64,000 nucleotides of DNA from Bacteroidota bacterium (GCA_016868535.1 VGGQ01000002.1:8203-72202), one strand, 5' to 3'; counted from the stretch's first letter, positions 38,236 to 48,280 are shown. Made by a program: numbers and translations. The notes: a model not told the origin generated them from the sequence alone.

Positions 38236-38781
38236 TTATTTTCCTGAATTAACGGGCGTGGTTCCGGGAGTATCCGTAGGGATTCCCAGTTCTTCCATCA
38301 CCTCAAAAGTCTTGTCGTATTTAACGTTGGCATACATCATCAGCGCACCACCGGCCTTGTCGAAGATAAAATCCAGACCTTCTTTCTTAGCCACCTTTTG
38401 CACGGCATCGAACACCTTATCCTGCACGGGTTTAATCAATTCTTCGCGCTTTTTGAAGAGTTCTCCCGTCTGACCAAACTTGTCCTCACGGAACTGAAAT
38501 AGTTCTTTTTCCTTGGCTAAAATAGATTCTTCTCTTTTCCGTTTCTGGTCTGAGGTCAGCAATACTTCCTCGGCTTTGTAATCCTTGTACATCTGATCTA
38601 GTTTTTGCTGCAATTCTGCCGCATCCTGCTGCCATTTGGTGGCTAAATCATCCAGTTGTTTCTGGGCAGATTTATATTCGGGCATTTTACCCAATATCAG
38701 ATCGCTGTCTATAAAACCCGTTTTTTGCGCCGACAAGGAAGACAACGCAGAAATGGCGAGTATGAAAAAAAATGTTCTCAT
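38236..38781 (-). CDS. OmpH/Skp-family periplasmic chaperone
   Basis: Signal peptide MRTFFFILAISALSSLSAQ. It has the same coiled-coil architecture as its neighbour. Confidence 0.8.
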   Translation of the reverse strand: MRTFFFILAISALSSLSAQKTGFIDSDLILGKMPEYKSAQKQLDDLATKWQQDAAELQQKLDQMYKDYKAEEVLLTSDQKRKREESILAKEKELFQFREDKFGQTGELFKKREELIKPVQDKVFDAVQKVAKKEGLDFIFDKAGGALMMYANVKYDKTFEVMEELGIPTDTPGTTPVNSGK

Positions 38782-38852
38782 GTTTTATCTTACCCAAACC
38801 TTATGCCAAAGGTAAATGGATTGCGAAAATAATGTAATTAAGGCCTTTTTTT

Positions 38853-39389
38853 CTAATGCTTTAAAACTAATTGTTCTGACTCCAGCAGTCCGCTGCTCTG
38901 CAGTTTCCTGTCCACAAGAACCGCCTGCAGCTTAATGGTATCTGGTTTTAGACCAAAGGGCTCTGCAGGAATTTTGACACTCAAATCACCTTCAACCCAT
39001 TTTGTCCTGCCGGTTGGGGTAATTCTTGGAATTCGCTCATGAAAATTTAACGTATCGGGCGGATTGGTGAGCGGATTGATGGGCTTTATCCATTTGCCGT
39101 TGACTTTTTGCAGCATCCAGATTTTCAGATTGTAGAATGCCACACCTCCATAGTTAAAGGGCGGTGCCGTATCTCCTGGATCAAGGCCAATATCGCCGTC
39201 TCCGTCGCGGTAATGCATCACCAGTTCAATAAAACTATCCTTATCGAAACCATTATTATAAATATATGCTCCCTTAATATGAAGAAAAGGCACCTCAGAG
39301 AACTTATTTTTGTCGGACCGGCAGGCAAATAGCACAGCGGTAAGAATGACCGATATTTTAAACAAGGTTTGGAACACAGACGATGTCAA
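38853..39389 (-). CDS. lipoprotein of unknown function
   Basis: Lipobox AVLFAC and a DGDGDIGLDPGD calcium-binding-like loop. The start is TTG 39389 or GTG 39377. Either start overlaps the divergent gene if that gene begins at ATG 39346. Confidence 0.6.
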   Translation of the reverse strand: MTSSVFQTLFKISVILTAVLFACRSDKNKFSEVPFLHIKGAYIYNNGFDKDSFIELVMHYRDGDGDIGLDPGDTAPPFNYGGVAFYNLKIWMLQKVNGKWIKPINPLTNPPDTLNFHERIPRITPTGRTKWVEGDLSVKIPAEPFGLKPDTIKLQAVLVDRKLQSSGLLESEQLVLKH

Positions 39390-40326
39390 ATTTACTACTT
39401 TGGCGTTAGAAATCTTCCATTACCAGCGTCAGCATAATCCCATATTTGCAAAATGGCTGATGGTAAACAGCGATACGCAAGCAAAGACCATAACCGACAT
39501 ACCCTTTTTGCCCATAGATTTCTTCAAACAATACAGGATTGCCTGCTTCAAAGAACCGGAAGCCCTTGTGTTTGAAAGCAGTGGCACGGGACAATCCGGA
39601 ACCTCGAAACATTTTTTGCAAAACCCTGAACTTTATATTTGCAATTTTCGCAAATGCTTTGAAATACAATACGGTCCGGCCTCAAATTACACGTGGCTTT
39701 GTCTATTGCCCGGTTATCTTGAAAGCAAAAACAGCAGCCTCATATACATGGCTGATGATTTTGTTAAATCAGGCCTGCCCGGAAGTGATTTTTATTTATA
39801 TGATTACCCCAAATTAATCCGGCAAATTGAAACCAATGAAAAAACCGGAACACCGGGCATTTTACTAGGCGTGACTTTTGCCCTTAAAGAATTGGCTGAA
39901 AAATATGAAGGCCCGCCCCTGAAATACACCCACATCATGGAAACCGGAGGCATGAAAGGCCGAGGACCCGAACTTACGCGTACTGAATTACATAAATACT
40001 GGTGCACCCGTTTTGGCGTAACTGAAATTCACAGTGAATATGGCATGACCGAGCTCATGAGTCAGGCTTACAGCAAAGGAAATGGAAGCTACGTTTGTCC
40101 GCCATGGATGAAAATATTGATTCGCGACATCAGCGATCCCGGAAACTGGCTTCCGCCAGGCAAAACGGGCATTATCTGCGTGGTGGATCTGGCCAATTTG
40201 CAGAGTTGCAGCTTTATTGCCACACAGGATTTAGGCAAACTCCATGACGATGGAAGATTCGAGGTGCTAGGGCGTCACAATCAAAGCGAGGCGCGCGGCT
40301 GTAATCTGTTGGTTTCAGAAAATTAA
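39346..40326 (+). CDS. LuxE-like acyl-protein synthetase / acyl transferase family protein
   Basis: N-terminal FTTLALEIFHYQRQHNPIFAKW, with FESSGTGQSGTSKHF and TGGMKGR motifs like adenylate-forming LuxE-family proteins. The start is ATG 39346; TTG near 39397 is an alternative. Confidence 0.55.
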   Translation: MTDILNKVWNTDDVKFTTLALEIFHYQRQHNPIFAKWLMVNSDTQAKTITDIPFLPIDFFKQYRIACFKEPEALVFESSGTGQSGTSKHFLQNPELYICNFRKCFEIQYGPASNYTWLCLLPGYLESKNSSLIYMADDFVKSGLPGSDFYLYDYPKLIRQIETNEKTGTPGILLGVTFALKELAEKYEGPPLKYTHIMETGGMKGRGPELTRTELHKYWCTRFGVTEIHSEYGMTELMSQAYSKGNGSYVCPPWMKILIRDISDPGNWLPPGKTGIICVVDLANLQSCSFIATQDLGKLHDDGRFEVLGRHNQSEARGCNLLVSEN

Positions 40327-42671
40327 TCCTCTGTTTCGTCGGGCAGTTCTATCACCGTTTCCTTGAGTTCCTCTTTGGGATTGAGGCCTTTTTCAAACGT
40401 GAGTATCAAAGCCGGAAGCAAGAAAAGGTTGGCCACCAGTCCGGAAAACAATGTAACTGCCGTGAGCCAGCCCAGTGCCTGGGTACCTTCAAAGCGGCTG
40501 AACATAAAAATCATGTAGCCGGCAAATAGTGCCACCATGGTATAAATCATGCTCAGCCCCACTTCCATGATGGTGTGGCTTAGGGCTTCGCGCAATGTTT
40601 TTTGAGTATGCAGCAACTCACGCCGGAACGTGCTCATAAAGTGTGTGGTTGCATCTATCGTTATACCAAAGGCTATACTAAACACTAGAATAGTACTGGG
40701 TTTCAGCGGAATATTCAGAAATCCCATCAAACCTGCGGTAATGACCAAAGGCAGCACATTCGGAATCACCGAGATGATGATCATTTTAATGCTAGGGAAA
40801 AGCAATCCCATGGTAAGGCTGATGATAAGTAAACCCCACATCGTACTGCTGATAAGGCTGTCATACAAATAGCGGTTTCCCTGCAAAAAGATGGCTGATG
40901 TGCCCGTGATTTTTACTTCATATTGTTCCTCGGGGAAAATTTTTCCGGCAATGTTTTTTACCTGTGTGGTAATGCTGTCCATAAGGATGGAACCCACATC
41001 TGCCATTTGATAACTAATGCGAAAGCTGGTCATGCTGGTATCCATCATGCCGTTCACGATGCTCTTTTTCCCCTGTGCCGGAGCCGGCATTCGAGAAGAG
41101 ATCTCGGCCAGATCGGTTGCTTTGGGAACCCTGTACTGAAGCACATCGCCCTCTTTGACCTGATTGGCAAAACTAACCATTTCTACCAGGCTCATTGGCT
41201 TACTAAATTCTTTGTAGCGGCGCAATGCTTTTTGCAGGCTGTTTGCTTTGTTCAGTACCTCCACTGAATTGGCCCCGCCCTCATCCTGGCAGGTAATTAA
41301 AATCTCAAATGGCATTACACCGCGGAAATTCTGCTGGAAGAATACCAGATCCTTATAAACCTTGCTCGATTTGGGAACATCATCCAGAATGAATGCCAGT
41401 GGCCGCAGGCGAATGATGTAAATACAGCTAAGCAAAGTAAACGCGATACTCCAAAAGTAGATAGACCGTTTTTTATTGAAGGCATTGAACCTAACCCAGT
41501 TCAGAAAGCTATTGACATTTTTGTTTTCAAGGTGTGCGGTTTGTTTTATTGTGGGTGGTGGCAGGTAGCTGTATAGCACTGGAATACCGATGATGTTGAT
41601 AAAGAATATGATATTGATGGTGATAAAGGCTACCACACCAAACTGTTCCAGCATCAGGGTTTTGGTGAAGTAAAAAGTGCCAAAGCCCACAGCAGTAGTG
41701 AAATTGATGAGGAAGGTAGCCACACCAATACGCGAGATAATGCGGGTGAGTGCCCGGGCCTTGTTGCCATGCCTTCGGTATTCCTCATGGTATCTGTTGA
41801 TGAGGTAAATGGTGTTTTGCACCCCTATCACCACCAGCAATGGCGGCAGTGTTCCGGTGAGCATGGTAAGCTTGTACCCTAGCAGGCCCGCCACAGACAG
41901 CATAGTAACCACACCAATGGCAATAAAGAAAAGGGAAATAGCCAGGGTGCTGATGCTGCGAAAAAAGCCCAGAATGAGCAATGCGGTTACTCCAAATGCA
42001 ATAATAGTAAACAGCACGATTTCGCTTTTTACCTTAGTGGCAAACTCAGTTCGGATGAAGGGCAGACCGCTGTAGTGCATTTCGATGCCGTGTTTAGCCC
42101 CAAATGCCTCACAGCGCTTTTCTATATTCTGTATAAGGGTGATTCGGCCTTTACTATCCAGGGTGCTGTCATTGAGGGAAATTAACATAAGGGATACCTT
42201 GGCGGTATCATTGTAAAGCAGTCCTTCGTAAAATTTAAGTGACTTAAATGCTGCGGCTACACTATCCAACTCCTGCTGTGTTTGCGGCATGCGGCTGAGC
42301 AGCGGCTGCACCGCAAACATATCGGAGGTGTCTATAACCAGATTAAATACCCTGGCAGGTGAGAGCAGATCGATAACACCTGGTTGCTTCTGAATATCAT
42401 CGCAGAGCTTGTAATAATCCTGGTAAATGGGCAGGGAGAAAATGTCTTTGTTTTTAAAACCAATAACCACTTTGTTGCCGTCTTCCCCGAATGTTTTTTT
42501 AAAAGCCATATAGGCTTTGTATTCGGAGTCATCCTGGGGCACCAATTTTTGCATATCGTAGGCCATTTCGGCCTTGGTGGCAAACCAGCCGGCAGCGCCG
42601 GCAAACGCCAGGATGAGCACCACAAAAAAATTGCGGTTTTTAAGAATAGCGGTTGCTATGCGATCCCACAT
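40323..42671 (-). CDS. MMPL/RND-superfamily membrane transporter (predicted exporter)
   Basis: 782 aa. Two blocks of 5-6 TM helices are each preceded by a large loop domain, the typical MMPL/SSD topology. Confidence 0.7.
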   Translation of the reverse strand: MWDRIATAILKNRNFFVVLILAFAGAAGWFATKAEMAYDMQKLVPQDDSEYKAYMAFKKTFGEDGNKVVIGFKNKDIFSLPIYQDYYKLCDDIQKQPGVIDLLSPARVFNLVIDTSDMFAVQPLLSRMPQTQQELDSVAAAFKSLKFYEGLLYNDTAKVSLMLISLNDSTLDSKGRITLIQNIEKRCEAFGAKHGIEMHYSGLPFIRTEFATKVKSEIVLFTIIAFGVTALLILGFFRSISTLAISLFFIAIGVVTMLSVAGLLGYKLTMLTGTLPPLLVVIGVQNTIYLINRYHEEYRRHGNKARALTRIISRIGVATFLINFTTAVGFGTFYFTKTLMLEQFGVVAFITINIIFFINIIGIPVLYSYLPPPTIKQTAHLENKNVNSFLNWVRFNAFNKKRSIYFWSIAFTLLSCIYIIRLRPLAFILDDVPKSSKVYKDLVFFQQNFRGVMPFEILITCQDEGGANSVEVLNKANSLQKALRRYKEFSKPMSLVEMVSFANQVKEGDVLQYRVPKATDLAEISSRMPAPAQGKKSIVNGMMDTSMTSFRISYQMADVGSILMDSITTQVKNIAGKIFPEEQYEVKITGTSAIFLQGNRYLYDSLISSTMWGLLIISLTMGLLFPSIKMIIISVIPNVLPLVITAGLMGFLNIPLKPSTILVFSIAFGITIDATTHFMSTFRRELLHTQKTLREALSHTIMEVGLSMIYTMVALFAGYMIFMFSRFEGTQALGWLTAVTLFSGLVANLFLLPALILTFEKGLNPKEELKETVIELPDETED

Positions 42672-42729
42672 AAAGGTGCAAAAATAGGGCTAAGCAGTTC
42701 AAAAAAAATCAGGACTTAAACGGCACAAA

Positions 42730-42755
42730 AAAAAACGCCCTTTTTGGCGTTTTTT
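42730..42755. terminator. weak bidirectional terminator downstream of rplI
   Basis: aaaaaacgcc-cttttt-ggcgtttttt. The GC core is only 4 bp, extended by A:T pairs. Confidence 0.5.
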
Positions 42756-42775
42756 AATTATAATAATTCAGGAAA

Positions 42776-43216
42776 TTATTCCGCTACTACCTCCACGGTG
42801 ACCGAGGCAGTGATGTCCTTGAACAGGTTAATATCGGCGGTATAGGTTCCCAAGTTTTTGATATCGTCAACCGCAATTTTACGGCGATCTACATCGTAAC
42901 CCCGTTCCTTCAGTTTATTGGCAATCTGTAGGCCGGTTACCGAACCAAAAATCTTACCGGAAGCACCGGCTTTGGTTTTAACGGTAACCGAAACGCCATG
43001 CAGTTTAGAAGATATTTGCTCGGCATCTTTGCGTAGTTTCTCAACTTTGAACGCACGCTGGCGGATATCTTCGGCCAGCATCTTCATCGCACCGTCAGTA
43101 GCCAGTTTAGCCATACCTTTGGGGATGAGGTAGTTGCGTCCGTATCCGTCTTTTACCACCACCACATCGTCTTTATGGCCCAGATTTTTCACGTCTTGTG
43201 TCAGGATGATTTTCAT
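42776..43216 (-). CDS. rplI: 50S ribosomal protein L9
   Basis: MKIILTQDVKNLGHKDDVVVVKDGYGRNYLIPKGMA. Confidence 0.95.
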   Translation of the reverse strand: MKIILTQDVKNLGHKDDVVVVKDGYGRNYLIPKGMAKLATDGAMKMLAEDIRQRAFKVEKLRKDAEQISSKLHGVSVTVKTKAGASGKIFGSVTGLQIANKLKERGYDVDRRKIAVDDIKNLGTYTADINLFKDITASVTVEVVAE

Positions 43217-43232
43217 AATTTAGTCCTCCCTC

Positions 43233-43496
43233 TTATTTTAAACCGTCAGCCACGAAAGGCAGCAGAGACAGGTGTCTTGCGCGCTTGATAGCCACCGAAA
43301 TTTTACGTTGAAACTTGAGTGACGTACCGGTGATACGGCGGGGAAGAATTTTCCCCTGATCGTTCACAAACTTCAGCAGGAAGTCTTTGTCTTTGTAGTC
43401 AATGTGACGGATACCGTGCTTCTTGAAGCGGCAGTATTTCTTCTTCTGCAAAACCTGGGGTGTTTGGTTGAAGATAAAGTTTACTTCTTTGCTCAT
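43233..43496 (-). CDS. rpsR: 30S ribosomal protein S18
   Basis: [19 protein letters not shown]...[32 protein letters not shown]. Confidence 0.95.
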   Translation of the reverse strand: MSKEVNFIFNQTPQVLQKKKYCRFKKHGIRHIDYKDKDFLLKFVNDQGKILPRRITGTSLKFQRKISVAIKRARHLSLLPFVADGLK

Positions 43497-43867
43497 GATG
43501 CGGCCTCCTCTACTACTACAGTTTTAGGCTGGTTGAATTCACCTTTGCGCTTCCTGTCGTTGTAATCAACACCCCACTTGTCCAGCTTCACGGTGAGGTA
43601 ACGCATGATGCGCTCATCACGGCGAAAAGCCAGTTCGAAGGTTTTGATGAACTCAGGGTCGGCTTTGAATTCAAACAAATGATAAAATCCCGTGCCTTTT
43701 TTGTCGATGGGATAGGCTAATTTGGTCAGGCCCCAGTTTTCTTCGTGGACCATCTCCCCACCGTTACCTGTGATCAGCTCTCTGTAGCCTTTAACAGCAT
43801 CTTTCATCTGTTGTTCAGAGAGCACGGGTGTTAAAATGATCACGGTTTCATAATGATTGTGGTTCAT
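43493..43867 (-). CDS. rpsF: 30S ribosomal protein S6
   Basis: The true start is ATG 43867 ([18 protein letters not shown]...). The 70-codon N-terminal extension in the ORF track overlaps yidD and is rejected. Confidence 0.93.
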   Translation of the reverse strand: MNHNHYETVIILTPVLSEQQMKDAVKGYRELITGNGGEMVHEENWGLTKLAYPIDKKGTGFYHLFEFKADPEFIKTFELAFRRDERIMRYLTVKLDKWGVDYNDRKRKGEFNQPKTVVVEEAAS

Positions 43868-43892
43868 TGTATAAGTGCTTTTTAAGGGGGTG

Positions 43893-43900
43893 CAAAAATA
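43893..43900 (-). promoter_or_regulatory. candidate -7 promoter box (TATTTTTG) for rpsF-rpsR-rplI
   Basis: Exact TAnnTTTG match on the minus strand, 25 nt upstream of the rpsF ATG. Confidence 0.4.
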
Positions 43901-43943
43901 GGAAAATTCTTGATATTTCACAAAGGGAAACCAGAAAAATCGC

Positions 43944-44153
43944 TCAGGGAACCGGATCATATCCGCTACCGCCCCAGGGATGGCAGCGCCCGATACGTTT
44001 TGCTGTGAGTTTAAATCCATAAAAAAAACCATGCTTTTTGAACGCCTGCACCCCGTATTCACTGCAGGATGGCTCATAGCGGCAGCTTTTGGTGAATAGC
44101 GGACTCAGAGCATGTTGGTAAATACGAATAAAAAAGATGGCCACCCTACGCAT
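43944..44153 (-). CDS. yidD: membrane protein insertion efficiency factor YidD
   Basis: IRIYQHALSPLFTKSCRYEPSCSEYGVQAFKKHG. 69 aa. Confidence 0.92.
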   Translation of the reverse strand: MRRVAIFFIRIYQHALSPLFTKSCRYEPSCSEYGVQAFKKHGFFYGFKLTAKRIGRCHPWGGSGYDPVP

Positions 44154-44556
44154 GGTTCATTTTCCTTTCCAGTTTTTGTATGCATTGCAAAAATGAAGCT
44201 TTTAATACCTGAAATGACAATATTTCCTGTCCGGTATAAATCAGCGCCATTGCGAGCTGCTGATCTTCGGGCAAAGACAATCCCTGCAACTGATGCTGGT
44301 TTAGTCGGTAAACTTCGCGAAGCAGGCGATTTACACGGTTTCGGTCGGTGGCTTTTTTAAATCTTTTTTTGCTCACGCTGAACATAACCTGAACTGCAGG
44401 TGCTTCATTGGTTTTGGACTGAATCAGGTAGTTCATGCGAAGCGGATAGCTGCTAACAAAAAAACCAGGCCGAAACAACACGGTAATGGCTTTTTGACTG
44501 CGCAGAATTTGTTTTCTGGGCAGTTTATATCGTTGCTGAAACTGTGGAGGTGTCAA
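44146..44556 (-). CDS. rnpA: ribonuclease P protein component
   Basis: Basic 136-aa protein between rpmH and yidD, with the motif KLPRKQILRSQKAITVLF. Only a TTG start is available. Confidence 0.8.
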   Translation of the reverse strand: MTPPQFQQRYKLPRKQILRSQKAITVLFRPGFFVSSYPLRMNYLIQSKTNEAPAVQVMFSVSKKRFKKATDRNRVNRLLREVYRLNQHQLQGLSLPEDQQLAMALIYTGQEILSFQVLKASFLQCIQKLERKMNHA

Positions 44557-44577
44557 TTTGCACCGTCCTTTCCATAA

Positions 44578-44739
44578 TTAACCCTTGTGGCCTCTTTCGT
44601 CGGAGGCAGTGAGTTTTTGGCGGCCCCTAGCACGGCGCGAAGCCAGTATGCGTTGGCCATTGGCGGAGCTCATGCGCTTGCGGAATCCGTGGCGGTTTCT
44701 TCGCTTGGTTTTCGAAGGTTGGTAGGTACGCTTGGTCAT
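44578..44739 (-). CDS. rpmH: 50S ribosomal protein L34
   Basis: The true start is ATG 44739 ([43 protein letters not shown]...). Confidence 0.93.
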   Translation of the reverse strand: MTKRTYQPSKTKRRNRHGFRKRMSSANGQRILASRRARGRQKLTASDERGHKG

Positions 44740-44760
44740 TTCAATCCTGGAATGAGAGCA

Positions 44761-44768
44761 CAAATTTA
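44761..44768 (-). promoter_or_regulatory. candidate -7 promoter box (TAAATTTG) for rpmH-rnpA-yidD
   Basis: Exact TAnnTTTG match on the minus strand, 21 nt upstream of the rpmH ATG. Confidence 0.4.
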
Positions 44769-44847
44769 AGAATTGCTTTGAACTTTTGCAAGTATTAAGC
44801 GCGATTTGTCCATCTATTTCATTTTCATCCAATAAAACCTACGCCGC

Positions 44848-46212
44848 GTGCGTTATCAAGCTAAAGTTCTTTTATTCTCATTTTTAATTTTATGCAATAT
44901 GAACACTCTAGCCGCTGTATTAATTCTCCATGCGCATGCGCACATTTCACCCGTAAATCCGATACCCACCATTTACACCCAACAAACTTCCAAAAAAAGC
45001 TTGAATGTACTGAAATTGTATCCCGACAACACCTATAACTTTTGCCGTTATCGAACAAACAAGATACAACGCGATACAGGAACCTATCAAGGCAAACGTA
45101 AGCAATTAAAGTTCACTTCAACCGAAAGAGGACAGGCCTTTAATCCTGTTGCGAAAAAAACTGTTTACAGGGGCAAAAAAGGTATTTACCTAAAAACCAC
45201 AAAGGGCATATTTGGAGGAACACCTGATTTTTTTATCGCTAAAAATGCGGATTGTTTAAAAAAGCCGTGGAATTTCAATCAAATTACCCAAAAACTGGAA
45301 GACAATATAGCCCAAGAAAAAAGCAAGATTCCGTCAACTTCACATAGCGAAACAGCCATCAATGCGGCAAAGCGTTATTTCCTAAATACCACGTCCAATT
45401 ACGCGCGCGGTTACAACACCATATTGGAAAGCAACTACGCAGGCCCAGGAATATATTCCACCCACATAGACGGCAAATTGGTTCCCTGGAACCAGGATAC
45501 TAGCGATGCTGCCTTATTTAGCGAACTCAATACCGTAGTTCATGAATCTGTTCATTTGAATAACATCAACCATTACGTGATTGTTCCGGGCATAGCTATT
45601 ACGGTAAACAGAACCGAAACATGCCGTTCTTCTGAATTTAGCATCATAGTACCAAAAGATTTACCACAACAAATTTTCCGCTGGGGAACCTACGTATCTA
45701 AAGGCTCAACCGCTTCATCCAACATCAGCGGGATTTATGGACTGATGGATGAATTTTCGGCATACATGAACGGAACGAGGGCAAGTTTAATGGCAGCCGC
45801 AAAGCTTTTGTCAGAAGGCAACTACGCAAAAGCCGATATACAGCTTGACCATGCCAGCAGAACCTATTTTGCCTTGTATGAATTTCGGCTTTTCACCGCA
45901 TGGTATCTGCATTACACGCACCAAAATCGGCGTGATATTTACGATAAAATCATGGAGAATAATAACCTGCGGCTTACCTTCACCCTTATTGACAACGAAT
46001 TTGAAAAAATTATCGGCTATGCAAACAGAATGTGCATCAATGGTAACTGCAATGCCTGGAAAAATTACTCAGAAAGATTTAGCAAGTACGCAGATCCTTG
46101 CACTAAGGAACTCATCAGAGAAGAAAAGTGGCTTTCAGAATTTCGGCTGCAGGGTGCTACCCAACAAAATTACCGAGATTACCTAACAACGGGATTAACA
46201 GCATCTAATTAA
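44848..46212 (+). CDS. secreted protein of unknown function with a single HExxH motif (possible metallopeptidase-like)
   Basis: GTG start with a signal-like N-terminus MRYQAKVLLFSFLILCNMNTLAAV. It has HESVH within LNTVVHESVHLNN, and a downstream GLMDEFSAY glutamate. I recognise no family. Confidence 0.45.
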   Translation: MRYQAKVLLFSFLILCNMNTLAAVLILHAHAHISPVNPIPTIYTQQTSKKSLNVLKLYPDNTYNFCRYRTNKIQRDTGTYQGKRKQLKFTSTERGQAFNPVAKKTVYRGKKGIYLKTTKGIFGGTPDFFIAKNADCLKKPWNFNQITQKLEDNIAQEKSKIPSTSHSETAINAAKRYFLNTTSNYARGYNTILESNYAGPGIYSTHIDGKLVPWNQDTSDAALFSELNTVVHESVHLNNINHYVIVPGIAITVNRTETCRSSEFSIIVPKDLPQQIFRWGTYVSKGSTASSNISGIYGLMDEFSAYMNGTRASLMAAAKLLSEGNYAKADIQLDHASRTYFALYEFRLFTAWYLHYTHQNRRDIYDKIMENNNLRLTFTLIDNEFEKIIGYANRMCINGNCNAWKNYSERFSKYADPCTKELIREEKWLSEFRLQGATQQNYRDYLTTGLTASN

Positions 46213-48280
46213 CCGAGCTGCCTGACTTTACAGCCACTGCTGGAGAAACAAACACAAGCTTTCCATCTGGATCCTGTGCCATCAAAATCATACCCTTACT
46301 TTCGATGCCACGGATTTTACGCGGCACCAGATTGGCCAAAAACAGCACTTGCTTGCCTACAATATTTTCAGGCTGAAAATGCAATGCTATACCGCTCACC
46401 ACGGTGCGCTCCTCTCCTCCCACATTCAGTGTCAGTTTCAGCAGTTTATCGGCCTTTTCCACCTTCTCGGCAGCTTTGATCTCCGCAATGCGTAAATCCA
46501 TTTTGGCAAAGTCATCGTAGGTAATTTCAGACTTAACCGTTGTTTCTTCCGGCACAGTTGGTATTGTATTGTTTTTCATGGATATGTCCTCTAGTTTTTT
46601 GAACTGAACAGCCATCTGTTCATCTTCAATTTTGGTAAATATCAATCTGGGTTCTCCCAGGGTATGTCCTTCGGTAAAGGGTTTTAGCAAAGTACCATTA
46701 TTCCAGAAAGCCCTTACCACAAACTCCAGAGGTAACAAATTCAGCTGGGCACAGAGCTTTTCGTGAGTATGCGGCAAATAAGGTTCGCAGGCAATGGCGA
46801 TATTGGCAAGTATTTCCAGCGCAACGGCCATGGCGGTTGCGGTGGCCTCAGAATCCGTTTTCTGGAGTTTCCATGGTTCTGTTTCGGCCAAAAATTTATT
46901 TCCGGCACGGGCTATGTTGATGAGTGCCGAAAGGCCATCGCGGAAACGGTATTCTTCGGTGGCAGCGCACAATGCTTTATGCAGCTTAGAAAGTTCACCA
47001 CGAACCTGAGCAATTTGCGCTGAAAAATAGCCCTCTGAAAAAGCAGGGGCCTTACTCTCGTAATATTTTTGGGTAAGCACGGTAACCCTGTTGGCAAAAT
47101 TGCCCAGAATGGCCACCAGCTCATTGTTCACCCGCGCCTGATAATCTTTCCAGGTAAACTCGCTGTCTTTGGTTTCGGGTGCGATACTGCAAAGCACATA
47201 TCGGAGTTCGTCCTGTTTGCCAGGCAGTTCCTGCAGATACTCATCCAGCCAAACCGCCCAGTTTCGGCTGGTACTGATCTTCTTCCCTTCCAGGTTTAAA
47301 AACTCATTGGCCGGAACATCCTGCGGAATCACAAACCCTTCCCCACGCAGGTGCAGCATGGAAGGGAAAATGATGCAATGAAAAACGACATTGTCCTTAC
47401 CGATAAAGTGTACCAGCCGGGTATTGCCTTTCCACCATTCCTGCCAGTCATTGGGGCGCAGTTCGCGAGTGGCGCTTATATAGCCGATGGGGGCTTCGAA
47501 CCATACATACAGGACTTTACCTGTGAGGTCGGCAGCTTCACGCCCGGGCAAATCCGGCAGAGCCACACCCCAGTCCAGGTCACGTGTCATGGCGCGGGGT
47601 TTCAGGCCTTCATTCAGCCAGCTTTTGCACTGCCCAAGCACATTGGATTTCCAGTGGGTATTGCCACCGATATAATCATTCAGAAAAGACTTTTGCAGCT
47701 CATCCAGTGGCAGAAACCAGTTGCGGGTGGGTCTCATTACCGGTGGTACCCCGCTGAGGGCACTGCGCGGGGTTTTTAACTCTGCAGGACTCAATGTACT
47801 GCCGCATTGTTCGCACTGGTCGCCGTAGGCATTTTCATTGGCACAAACCGGGCAGGTTCCCACAATGTAACGGTCTGCCAGAAATTGACCTGCCTCAGGA
47901 TCGTAGTATTGTTCAGTTACTTCCTCGGTAAATGCGCCTTTGTTGTATAAATCGGCAAAAAACTCACGGGCAGTTTGCTTGTGAACATCTTTGCTGGTGC
48001 GGCTGTAGATATCGAAACTGATTCCGAAATCCTTGAAGCTTTTGCCAATGATATTATGGTAGCGGTCTACAACTTCCTGGGGTGTGGTTCCTTCCTTTCT
48101 GGCACGCAGGGTAATGGGCACACCGTGTTCATCGCTGCCGCAGATAAAAATTACGTCACGGCCGCAGTTTCGGAGGTAACGCACATAAATATCAGCCGGC
48201 AGATAAACACCGGCTACGTGACCGATGTGCACGGGGCCGTTGGCATAAGGCAAAGCGGCAGTAACGGTAGTGCGTTTCAT
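46205..48280 (-). CDS. metG: methionine--tRNA ligase with C-terminal tRNA-binding (EMAP-like) domain
   Basis: HIGH motif (PVHIGHVAG), a Zn knuckle CPVCANENAYGDQCEQCG, a KMSKS-like KKISTSRN, and the C-terminal MDLRIAEIKAAEKVEKADKLLKLTLNVG. Confidence 0.95.
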   Translation of the reverse strand: MKRTTVTAALPYANGPVHIGHVAGVYLPADIYVRYLRNCGRDVIFICGSDEHGVPITLRARKEGTTPQEVVDRYHNIIGKSFKDFGISFDIYSRTSKDVHKQTAREFFADLYNKGAFTEEVTEQYYDPEAGQFLADRYIVGTCPVCANENAYGDQCEQCGSTLSPAELKTPRSALSGVPPVMRPTRNWFLPLDELQKSFLNDYIGGNTHWKSNVLGQCKSWLNEGLKPRAMTRDLDWGVALPDLPGREAADLTGKVLYVWFEAPIGYISATRELRPNDWQEWWKGNTRLVHFIGKDNVVFHCIIFPSMLHLRGEGFVIPQDVPANEFLNLEGKKISTSRNWAVWLDEYLQELPGKQDELRYVLCSIAPETKDSEFTWKDYQARVNNELVAILGNFANRVTVLTQKYYESKAPAFSEGYFSAQIAQVRGELSKLHKALCAATEEYRFRDGLSALINIARAGNKFLAETEPWKLQKTDSEATATAMAVALEILANIAIACEPYLPHTHEKLCAQLNLLPLEFVVRAFWNNGTLLKPFTEGHTLGEPRLIFTKIEDEQMAVQFKKLEDISMKNNTIPTVPEETTVKSEITYDDFAKMDLRIAEIKAAEKVEKADKLLKLTLNVGGEERTVVSGIALHFQPENIVGKQVLFLANLVPRKIRGIESKGMILMAQDPDGKLVFVSPAVAVKSGSSVN

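Noticed and set aside
43868-44077. N-terminal extension of the S6 ORF; similar extensions occur on the L34, HU, RadA, NifU-like, CrtZ, glucosaminidase, giant protein and sigma-54 activator ORFs
   Set aside because: The ORF track takes the first possible start codon, including TTG, GTG and ATT. In each case an internal ATG gives the conserved N-terminus or a proper signal peptide, and the extension overlaps a neighbouring gene or a promoter region.
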